Assembly: GCA_900088475.1 (NCBI GenBank)
Contig: FLMG01004277.1
Coordinates: forward strand, 49,141-113,140
Reading direction: 5' to 3'
From: Hyphochytrium catenoides
Taxonomy: Eukaryota; Protista; Hyphochytriomycota
Length of the DNA stretch: 64,000 nucleotides
Both the position numbers and the translations under genes were made by a program. Positions 1-11,425 of this stretch are shown here, piece after piece. The notes under the pieces were generated by a model that ran no database searches, was not told the DNA's origin, and worked only from the letters and a program-made list of their open reading frames with translations. How positions within the stretch are numbered: the stretch's first letter is position 1; each line of letters begins with the position of its first letter.

Positions 1-475
1 GCATATTCATGTTTCTAGGGCAATCCTCTGGGGCTTTCAGCAGGCTAAAAGCGCTATTGGAGCCTTATGAGGGGCCTTCAGGTGCCGCTGTGCAAAACAC
101 ACAAAAGAGGCAAGAAAGCTGAGAAATAATTGCGTTTGGACTGCTCTGGCTGCGATAAGAATCGCCGTTTTTTGGGAGAAAAGCTCCAACTTGACAGCAG
201 GGCTCAGCTCCCTTCCTATATATGTAGGTTTGCATAGAAGTAGTCAGTGAACCTGGGGCCAACTGAAGGTATTGCTGCGCGAGAAGAGTGCTGTGCTCTC
301 TACCGAGTAGGTGCTTGTCCTTTATTGGTAAGGACGCTAAAGCTTGAGGAGACGTCCATGTGCCGATCTTGAACTCTTATCTGGGTGAGTCAGCGACGCT
401 GGACGCGGGTCTGAATTGCCATGGGGCCGCAGCACAGCTCTTGACATAATTGCAATGCGACCACTGAGAAGTAGG

Positions 476-3400
476 ATGTATGCCGCAGTCTGGCTGGCAG
501 TCCTGGGCTTGCCTTGCCTACTGCAAAGCGTATATGGCCTATGTGAGACCTGCCAGGACCCGAAGCAGTGCTGGCATGAAGCGTCCAAGAGCTGCAAACC
601 TTTTTTGACGGAGCCTGCCTGCCCTGCATCATTCCGTCCATGCAGTAAGTGTTCTCTCATCTCCACCTACTTCTTTTTGGTCAAGCTCTAACTTCATTTT
701 GACAAAGCCTGGGGTAAGAGGTGCTTCGGGAACGATGGACCTTGCATTGACCCCGGAACAGGGGTTTGCTACCCCTATCAAACTCATGCCATGTGTGGGC
801 CAAACCTCGTAGAGGGTGAGCTGCTATTTCTCTTCCTTCTTCTAATTGTATGCTCGTCACACTTAAGCGCTAGAAGTCCATGTCCCGCGGTCAACCTTAG
901 AACCTTCTCTTACTGCATATGTCAAGGACTCAGGTGTCCTTCCTATCATCCTCGGGCAGCCATTCTGTCCCCTCTTCCTGCTGCTTTCTCCTCTCGTTAC
1001 TAATCGGTCCTGTATACGTAGCGGTCTGCGAGAGCTGCACAGGTGGAACGACAGGGCGATGTCAACACCCCTTGACAAATGCGTGTCAAGACTTTTCTGA
1101 ACAAGTTTGTCCAGACAACACAGTCAGCTGTGGTAGGCCCAACTCTACTCCTTGCCCCGCCTTGTGCCCTCTACGGCTATACCTTCCTAGCGCTTACATC
1201 TTTCGCGATGTTTTAATGTCTGGGTATTTCTCTAGTTCCGACAGCGGTGGCCTGCGTTGGTGGCCATGAGAGCTGTAGGAATCCCGCAAACGTATGCCAG
1301 TTTGGCGATGGAACCTGCGTTGCAAAGTCTGGCACAAGATGCCCCGAGGGTAGTGGGATCTGCGGTATGAGCTCTATCAGTTGGGCCGTATCTTGTCTTG
1401 GATACTGAGAGAGTCGCCTTGCAGACAAGCTTTCTTATCGCTGTAATACCAAGACTTTCCAGTGTGAAATAGCGCCCAGAAGGCCATCACAGAACGAGGC
1501 ACTCTTTGGGACGTTCGCCGATTGCGAAAATAACTGCTGTATGTACTCTTCTACGTTGTCCAGGCGTGTTTGGCACTTCTCCTCTTGTTTCCTGGCTCGT
1601 TAAAAAGTGGGTTATTTGGCATTCCTATTCGCGTCAGGTTCAAGTTCTTTCTGCCCGAGCTGCCTCTTCATTTGCTCCTAGGGGATTGGCAATCTCCTAC
1701 ATCTTTGGTCTTGGATCACCTATCTTGGTCCTCGGCTGCGTTTGCCTTCGTCACTTCTACCCGTTTCTGAGGACTAAGAGGTATCGAGCACAACCGATGG
1801 TACTGACCACTCTCTAGTTTACTACCGATGCATAGGCGGTCAGTGCGTTCCAAACGGGGATATGCAAAGTCGTGACGGGCAGACTCTTTCGAATTGTAGG
1901 AAAAGCTGCGGCTGTGGACCGCGTAATTCCTGTAAAGGGAGCACCTTCGGACCCTTCCAAATCACCGCTGGAGAATTTTCTAAAGAGTGCTCGCCTGTGG
2001 AGGTTCCAGGCGTACAAATGGAGAAGTGCAATGCAGCAGACAGTAAGACTTCTTTATGCTAGACGAGGAGCATCGTTGACATGAGCAATCTAGTTGGCAC
2101 CTATCTCTTCTCGTTCTTGACCAAACGACGAAATGCCGCAGTCTAATGGCTTCTTGATAGATGTGGACGCGGTGTACAAGAGCAGGCCATTATTCCTATT
2201 GTCAGACATCCAGGGGGCCAACGACATTCGTAAGTTAAAAGTGGCAAATGCAGCAGCTTGTGTTCGGTGTCCTCTTCCTTGACAGTTCGTTCGTTGCTGA
2301 CATTCTTTGCCTTGAATTAGGATTTCGGTCTTTTGGACTTCTTCCGCCCTTTGAATCTTGACCATCCGTCCTGCCTTGCAGCCGCTTCCGGGGGGTGTCT
2401 TTTTGGTTGACATTTTGTCCTTTGCTGACAGTGTTTGCTTTAAGTTAAGATGCCTGTGATTCTGACACTTCTTCCGCCCGTTGTACCTCTACTATCCGAC
2501 CTCCCTTGCAGCCGCTTGTCGGGGATGTGGAAACGGAGGTGATTTTGGCGATACTTCCCCATGGCAGCTTTATTGTGAAAGCAGTCCCTCCTCTAACTCT
2601 TCAACCCTAACGTGCACTCGCCTGAATACTGGGGTGACGTCTCCAATCTGCCCAAGTAGCTTTCGTCTCTGCCAAGGTGAGACACATTGTAGAGAGAGCC
2701 ATAGACGGTTGCAGAAACGTATGTTAGTGAAAGCGAGACCTATCCGCCAAAACTGGACTCATTCGTGAGACATGTAGCAGACTGTAACAGATGAGGAAGC
2801 AAGACAAATCGCACTGAGCTTGGGATACCTCGTATCTCACCATTCTTGCGCCTTTTGCAGTGAATCCCAACAAATACTCCCTCCTTCCGTTCTCGGCAAA
2901 TCCTGGGGCAGTGACAGACGTTTCGTTCACTTATACCGTCGGTGACTTGACGAAGACCTATGTCGGAGGAACTTCTTGTCTATCTTTGGCCTTGCCCGAA
3001 GGCTGGTATGTCTCAGAGGCAGACCCTCTTGCATGCAAGGCGAGAAGTATAGAAGGGTCTGCACCGTCATGCGTTGTCCCTTGTCGTCTCTCTTCCCCAT
3101 CGACCATTGAGGTCAGGGTCGGAGGAGACACTTGCGTGAGGGGAGTTCCGGAGGGCGGAAGCGTCACTGTCACTATCTCAAAGCTCGGGCTTCCAAGAAC
3201 GAACACTAGTAAAGAACAGACCCTACTTAAGGTTGGCGAGTGTGGTGGAAGGAGGCTTTCATCCACACTTATAAGCTTCTGGGATGGCCCTGATGTACGG
3301 AGGTATGCCCATCTTCCCCTCTACTCCCAACCCGACACTTCCTGCGATCTCCGGTCATTCATGATGTCTCTTGAGATAATGGTGTGATTATGTGCCTACC

Positions 3401-6400
3401 ATCTTGGATGGTTTGGCATCAAGTCCTAACTCACTCCTTATGTCTCATATCAACCCTAGACGACTGGCAGACGGTCCTGGCGTGTTGTCCTACCTACAAG
3501 TCCCATCGTTGAAGGCTCCCGGGTCAATTTCGGGAGGCGTCGCACTAGAGAAACCTTTAGAAAGGATTTCTGGTGAAATGTACATCAATGTATTTCTGGC
3601 TTCATCAGTTCCAGCCGGAACCTTCTTCTGTGTGGACTTCTGTGTGGACGAAACTTGTAGGAGGGAGCTTCTGACAGGTCAGTACTGAGCTCAAAGGAAC
3701 GCTATTTAGAACGATGAAAGAAGATAATTGGGACGTTGCTTGGAGGAGGTGATGATACCGCCGTGACTAGTGGATACAAATGTGAACATGTTTACAGGGA
3801 TCGATGTAGTAGCGGCATATTGTCTTGCTTTTGCTTCCGACGTGAGCACTGCGCTACGTAGCTGTTCTGAGGCGTATACTTCTAACCAATGCCGCGTTAA
3901 AACTTGTAGACCAACTCGCTTTCTCTTGGCGAAAGTCCAGTGAAACAAAGGGGTATGTGTCTGTTAGAGGGCAGACAACACCGAGCCTCCAGGCACCTAC
4001 TGCGCGGCCTAATGAAACTTTTGGGTGCTGGACCGTTCCGGTTAATATTCCGGCCGCTCCATTTTCTATGGTGACGTTTACGCTCACTAATGTGACCAAC
4101 CCGAAGAGCTTAGGGCAGGATCCTCTCCGCACGAGTATCTTGAGGTCTATAGCCTTCAGTATACAGGGCAACTCAATGGCGGTATGCATCTGCGTAGTCA
4201 CAGTCTTTCTCTTTGCGTCGCTCTTTTTCTTCGTCTATACAGCCTTTGTAATCAACACTGATAATATTTCTTATTGCAGCTGGAAGGTGCTTATCTGGCC
4301 GGGCCAGCTTTCCTGACGGTGCAGCCTATCTTTGCTGCAGGACCGAATACCGACAATGTTTATAACGTTGTATCGGTTATCCTTTACTGCCTAGCACTCG
4401 CCCTATGTATATTCATCGCAAGGGTCAATGGTATGTCTCGTCTTGGAACCTCCTTCTGTCGGACCTTTTCGCCAGTACTTTTCCCATTGTAAAAGTACTT
4501 TTTTGGCCTTTGAGGTGTGTGTATAGAGAGTTCTTTCAAATGTTAACCCTGGGCTTCGTTCACAGGCATATCATTCTCAACGAAGACGCTATGGACCGAT
4601 CTGACATCCACATGCGTACTTATCCACTTTTGCATCCTGGTATGATGAACCCTGAATGGAATAACAGCAGACACGCGTGTACATTGTCTCTCGCCTTCTC
4701 TGACTTCTCGCCCCCTCTAATTTCTCGCCCTGCTTCCATGAGGAGATGGAGCCCTACAGCGGTTCTCTACTCTTTCTGTGTTTCACATTTTTTTGAAGCC
4801 GTGGTTTTCTATGCTAAGAGGAGTGTGTCCGGATGGCTCTCATTCTTGGTTGTCTTGTCCTCCATTGGGCTCCTTTCAGGTGGCGAACAACGCTACCTGG
4901 ATCCAGGTAGCTGGGTCGTACTACTATTACCTACAGGTTTTGGACTACTGCATCCAGTGGACTATGCTACTCTCAGTCTGCTACCATTGGGCTAGCATTC
5001 TTACCCTTAGGCTGAGAAAAGTACCCACTCCTGTCCAGGTAACAATGGTTGTTCTCTTGCTTCTTGACTAGCTTAGGGATTCGAGGCTATCAAATCCCCG
5101 TCCTTCTATTTTTCTGGCGCTTGAAGGCTGACTCATCATCTTAGGCGGCAATCTTTGTGGTGCTCAACCTTGCTTTTTATGGCATTGCTATCTGGGCATT
5201 AGTCTCGACAAAGAACATTATCAACTGCGTGTACAATGAAGCCAAGCCTCTGTACTCCGATCTTCAGCCATCTTATTGGAGAGATCTGTCTAATAGCTTG
5301 GTAAGTAATTTGCTAAGCCTTTATGCCTTCTCTAGACCATAATAGGTGCCGACCTGGCGAACCCTTGCATTAGTGACATTTGATTTTACCTGGTCTAGTT
5401 ACGTGCTTAGCTTGCACTTATGAGATCACACAGGGTTGATAAGACGGTCGAGTCTTCAATCCTGTCATCCACAGCGTCGACGGTGCTGACTCTTTCTTTT
5501 CTCAGTCCTGTCAGCAATATCAGTCAAAAGGAAACTTCGCTCTGTACTACCATTTTAGCCTAACAGTGATCTTTGCGGTGAATACGCTAATCCTGAGCGC
5601 TTTGGGCATAATGGTGATGCTAAGGGGAAGAAGACTCTTGAAAAAGGTATGGACTCCAGAGACTAGGGAGTACACTGAGTTTATTGGGAGTCTGACGGTG
5701 CTGCTTGTTCAACGTCTTCGTCCTACAGGATCGTCAAAAGGAAGGAATGAACACAAATGAGAGGAAGCACGACGTTATCAAACAAGCCATTACTCGCTGG
5801 GTTCTTGTTATCTTCGTTGTTACCTCTATTTACCTCGTCTCTTGGGTGCTGGACATCTATAACTTTGCAAAAAATAACAACGCCTTGATGGAGTACACAG
5901 TATGGTATGTCTTCGTCATCTGGCTGCCAAACGTGATACCGGCATGTGCTTTCGTGTTCCTCCAGGTAAGCGGCTCCATATACTCCCATGTACCTCCTCG
6001 GTCTCACCGTCCAGGTTCCTCCCTATTACGGTATGACCTCACCCTGCCGCCAATCTAATGTATTTACCTCTTCTCCATAGTCGGACAGCGGTGTACGCGA
6101 CCTCTCGCAGCCCATAAAACGGCCGGAGCGTTACTCAGTACCTCAGAATGGCAACCCTTACCTATCGGACGACATGGACTTGGATAAGGAGACACTGACC
6201 GATCTAGCCAGTGGCAATGATGCGAGCAGCAGGAGTATCAAGGCGCAGACTTCTTTCAAGTCGGGCAATTCCGGTAATACATTTTCATAATCATACCTTG
6301 CCCAGTCATTCGTATAGTAATGACTAACCTTACGTGCCAGAGATACTATCTGTTCTCCAGATGCACATTACTATATCAGCTAGCATCTCTCTCTTTCTCG

Positions 6401-9400
6401 CCATGTTCATCGAGCCCGGCGTGGCGAGGGTTTCTGATTCTGTTATTTAGCTGTAGGGCTGTTCTTGTCCGTAAACGCCCTTCACTTATCTTTTCACTAA
6501 CATGCACCTCTATGTCGTAGTACTAAGCCTGGCAGTGCATCTGCGAATGTGCCCAAAGAAAGAGATGCTGACGCCTGGAGCGAAGTATAGGATCACTGCT
6601 TACGCGACTGACGTTTCTGCAATGACGGTAAGACCATGCGGGGTGAGATGTGACGGAAATGGGAAAGCCGACTGTGGAGCAAGAGGAAAAGGTTTCTTTG
6701 GAAGAACTATGAAGTTCGGGAAAGAAAGTCGAGTGTGTTGTTTCTTACTGCATTGGGTCACATCGTGTGTGTTCACTGCCGTACAGATGAACGCGGCCCC
6801 TGTAGGAAACCCTCTAGAAGGGCTTCTGAGCCGCCAGGACAAGGATAAAGGGGGGCTGACCCGTTCTTGGCATAAGATCTCGTCCACAGAAGCCTCGTAT
6901 GCCACACCTGTTGATTTTTCTGACTCTTCCCAGCATACTGAAGTGGCTGATGAGGTAAAAAGCCAAATTGAGCCCTTCTGTCTAGAGCACATCGTCATCC
7001 TTTCCTAACATCTGGATATATTTGCTCTTAAACTCATGGATATGCCCTGCTCTCTCATGGATGCGCTTTCGCCACCCAGACGGAGATTTCTTTCATTGTC
7101 ACACTTAGAATCCCAACCAGCATCCGCAACCCCGAGCAGAGCATCCGCTTTGTTGTCTATGAGGTAGGAAAAAATTGACCCTGGTGCCTAGCGTTTGCTG
7201 CTCTTAGCGGTTTGCAAAGTTTCGATAAAATGCATTCCTTAGGACTTTTCTTCACTGTGCCTTTGACAGGAATGCCTAGAGGCTCAGCTTAATGAAAAAT
7301 CCTTTTCAACCTCGTCGTCCCGTTCCACGTTGGTGCGAGAGGGACCCAGCAGGAGATCCATCACGGACCGTCCTTCTCTGTCTATTACCAGGCCTAGAAG
7401 CTCTTCAGCACCCTCTACCTCGGAGCTCTACGGCGGCACGAAAAAATGCCTGTTTGAGTTTCAAGCCACCTGCAAAGAGCTGCTAGATGGCATTGACTTT
7501 TCTGGTACCTGCCAGTCAATATTTCCTATCTTGCCTTATCCACCTCTTTTGAGTACAGGGCTCCATCTGAATGGTACATGTTATGTCTCGCTGTTTATCT
7601 TACTTGTTTTTTCCTGCCAGGCTCTCTGCAGCTCGTAAATATCTCTAACCGCAAAGAGACGTCTGTCCGCTCTACATGGACTCAGTATATGAGTGGCAGA
7701 GGACTCCTTTTTCAGAGAGCGCCTTCTCTCAGCTCAGCGGAGTTGACTCTATCTCTTGTTCACTCAGAGGACCCTGACATAGGAGGTACGTATCCAAGAG
7801 AAAGAATCGCTTTCCTAGGCTGGCTGCTTTTAGGGTGGTGGCTCAAAATATCCTTCATCAGCCTGCTACCTGTCATATCGGCCCCAGCCTTTCCATTCGC
7901 AACGCTTATCTTTCGCTGACTTTTGCCTCTGTTGCCATATTTAGTTGACAAGCAGGAGCCGACGATAGTCAGAAGCTTTGTCCTACCTTCTCATTCCCCT
8001 GCGCCAGAGGTGATAGAAATGTTCGAGACCTCCCTTTATACCAATGAAGTGCCCAGACAAATGATTGTTCTCCTAATGAAAAAGAGAGGCGAAGCTGTGG
8101 AAAGGTTCGCAATGCTCTTGTGCCTCTAACCTCTATATCTCCTTCAATTTGGCCACAAGGCATAAGGATCATTGTTAGCTCGCCAGCAGGCTAATCTATA
8201 TACTCCGTTCCTGCTTGATGGGTCCGCTGTCCCGACTTTCGAGCTCGATAGTTTCACGTCTCTCACTCTTTGTGACTGTGGATGGCCGTAGCCGATAACC
8301 CTTTTCGCAATAGTTTGTTGATGATAAGAAGCTAACTGCTTTACATAGTGCGGCAAGAGATTTGAAGCTCTTTTATGAAACTGAGTCCACAGCAGAAGGA
8401 GAGGGAGCAGGTCGCTCTTCAGACTCATTCAAGGTCTCAAGGAGAGTTAGTCAGCCGTTGATCACTCGGGAGTGGCTGGAACAGGTATGTACCGCTAAAC
8501 GAATGATGACATAGGAATGAGGAATTACACGTGACACTTATGCGGAGATAGAGAAACCACCAGACGCCTAGTCTGATAGTTCAACGAGAGGTGTTGATTC
8601 TGGGATTAAAAACAAGTAGTAGACACACGCTGACATGTACACTTTAGCGTGTGAACCGCCGCCGCGAGTACCTGGCTTCTCTCAAGGAGAGCATGAAGGC
8701 TTGTTCAGAAAGAGAACGATTGGGGCGTTTGCTTAAACCTCTACAGGACAGGAAGGTGCCAGAGCTACGGTTTATCCCTACAAATTTACACGTCCATGTA
8801 AGCATCTCTGGTGGATCTCTACTATCTTGTCATATTCCTAACAACAGATCGTCCGTGAATGCTTTATCCTTCGTGTTCCTCTCTGCAGCGCCTTCTAGTA
8901 CACCGAAAAGGTGCTGCCGTTGCTGCTCCTTTGGCTCTACGAACTCTCTTAGAGCCCCACCAGCGTGCTATTTATGACTACGGGACCATTACAGTTGGGG
9001 CTTTTGCCGCTGCCTCGATGAAGTTTAAGAAAGGAGGTAATTTTTATGCCTTACTACTTCTTATTAGGTTGGAGCTGACGTGTCTCCTGACAGGAGTACT
9101 ATCATACCGAGATCGCATTAGGCGCTTGCGGCAGAAGATGGTGAGAAGAGAATCCGTCACAGAGAGAACAACCGAGGGAAGGGCTTCTGATATACGCGCA
9201 TCTCTTCTCGGCGACAATTCTGAGGTTTGTGACACAGCTTTTTATTACGCGCAGAAGTCACTATAGCTGGCGTTTGGCTTGAGATTTCTGCGAAACTCTC
9301 CTTCCTTCTGATTGTGAGTTTTTTCCCCCTAATTACCGGCATCTAACAATCTTACCGTTACCTAGTCAAGGTCGTCAACTGTGGAACGGAAAGTCTGGAC

Positions 9401-11177
9401 AGACGACGCGATGCGGATGGATGACTTAGAATGGGATATGGCGGTAGGTTTGCTGTTCCGTTTTCCTCTAAAACCTATCAGAGCGGCTCGGTTAATACTG
9501 TCTGCACCTATTTCTCTTCATCACTTCTAGTGGCTCTCTATGTAACTCTTCCTTTCCCTGCTTCTTTCCAAGGAAACTTCCCGTGTCCGGTGTAGCTTGC
9601 CTACATTGATTCATTCTGATGCCTGACCTTTTCAATCTCGACAGTGCCGATTGGATGTTTGCTTAACCCAGGCGATGACGGCCTTGGTAACGGCATTTAC
9701 TCACAGCATCCGGGTGGCCTTGACCAGTACCGATATCAATAAGGGGAAACAGTACCTTGAGATCATCATGAAGCTAGGATATCTGTTTCAGGTGCCTCTG
9801 TGCCCAGACGTGTACCGCCGCTCACTTTGTCATGGGTGATAGCTTTCTCTAGTTGGTCCTGTAATGTGGATGATGCGCATAGAGCAACCGATCCCTTGTA
9901 ACGTCTTGCCGTCTCGCCACTTTTCCGATTTTTCCTCTTTTGCTTGCTACTAGTAGATGTCGGCCTTAAAGTCTATCCATCTTGCGCCAACTTAGTAACC
10001 ACCCCTTTCTGCTTTATTCTAGGTCGAATCACTACTTTCCACGGATGGCAAGGAGCTTGGCATGCTGCAGGACGTCGCTGCTGCCGTTGCGAAACTACAG
10101 AGCGTAAAGTTCATGTTAGAGGACATCGGAGACATTGTTCCAAGAGACAGGAGAGGTCCAGGGGTCGTTGGAGTGAGCCTGCAGCCAGGGAATGACGACA
10201 GGGAGGATTCGTACCTAGTAAGAGTGCAGATAAGGTGCCACTCAGATGCTCTGCCGGAAGACTTGAGGTGAGAAGAAGCGTCATTAGCTGGTCATCCTAA
10301 GTCCCCCCTGCTCTTGGCAGCACTCGCCTCTGCCGAATCTTGCTTCAAGAGTCCTTCCTTCTCTGGCCTGAACGCAAGACAATTGACTCGCCCTTCTTTC
10401 TTCTCATCCGCTGGATTGTAGGAATGGTCGTTTGGTTTCAGTCGTCGCTCTGCTGTTCACACAGAACCTCTATCCAAAGCCCAATCCCGTCAAATCTTCA
10501 GCTCCAACTAAAAGGACACGCCTGGAGGAGCTCATCAACGTGAACAACGCAAATGTGTTGGCAGAGTACTGTTCAGGGTATCAGAAGATACTTCCGACGG
10601 CTGCCTCTCTTTTACCTAGAGTGCAGAGATTGAAGGCTGCCATTGACGAGGCTGCCGCTGTGGCAGATGCGCAAGTGCCTGTTCTACCACTTGCCGCTGA
10701 TATCTGTCGAGAGATGAACGCCGGCAGGGTAACGATGTGCAAATCTGCAAAGGACAAAACGTACTTGAGTAGTACATTTGAAGAAGTAAGCCTTTTGCTG
10801 TCTTTCCTTCTGCTTCGTCCACTAGTTCTTCATCACTTAGTTTATCAAGACTTGTCCGCCTACCTGTTGGAATCAAATCCTGATTTATTTTACATATGGT
10901 GTTTGCTATGGGCTACGGAAGTAACGCTGTTGCCATGTCTCGCTTATTCTTATGATAGGCACGGATTCTTCGGGAACACCACAGCTTGGAGGAGAAAGAC
11001 TTTGCTAATGTCCTGTTGGTGTTACGGTATCATGGCGTCTGTCTTCAGCAGCTGGTACGCCAGTCGGGCCGTACTCCTATCACGTTTATGGAGAACGAGG
11101 ACGATGCCCCTCGGTGGCCATCATTTGACGAAGCAGAGGATGGCAAGCGAGCCCTGGGGCCTTATGAATATCTATGA
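476..11177 (+). CDS. Multi-exon receptor-enzyme fusion: signal peptide, 5 Cys-rich modules, beta-rich ectodomain, 7TM (GPCR-like) domain, C2-like region, inositol polyphosphate 4-phosphatase (INPP4)-like domain; probable pseudophosphatase
   Basis: ATG 476 gives the signal peptide MYAAVWLAVLGLPCLLQSVYG (an in-frame ATG at 455 is an alternative). Cys-rich exons run to 2676 and beta-rich exons lie at 2861-4190. Seven hydrophobic helices are encoded at ~4360-5965 (VVSVILYCLALALCIFIA; LTSTCVLIHFCILVA; VLDYCIQWTMLLSVCYHWASIL; AAIFVVLNLAFYGIAIWALV; LTVIFAVNTLILSALGIMVML; WVLVIFVVTSIYLVSWVL; VWYVFVIWLPNVIPACAFVFLQ). INPP4 motifs follow in the expected order: FIPTNLHVH, TITVGAFAA..KFKKGG, DVCLTQAMTALVTAF, GYLFQ/VESLLSTDGKELGMLQD, RVTMCKSAKDKT. 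Stop TGA at 11175-11177. A few junctions (e.g. ~3680-3950) were not resolved. Confidence 0.8.
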
Positions 11178-11425
11178 CCGTGCTTTAGGCAGCAGAAGTG
11201 ATTCTTACGTCCCCGTCTCTACGGCTATAATCAATGAATATTTATTCGCGGGCCGAAGTTCCCTCTTCTACTTCTACGTGGCCTCCGAGTTTCACTTGAT
11301 GTCGTGAAGGGTGAGTTAGCAGCAGGAGTCAGTGCCCTGGCCCTGTTCTCAACACTCATACGCAGTTCCTCAGGTGGAGGACCAAGGGAGGTCTGAAAGC
11401 ATGTCTCAGTTTAAGCTTTATTAGG

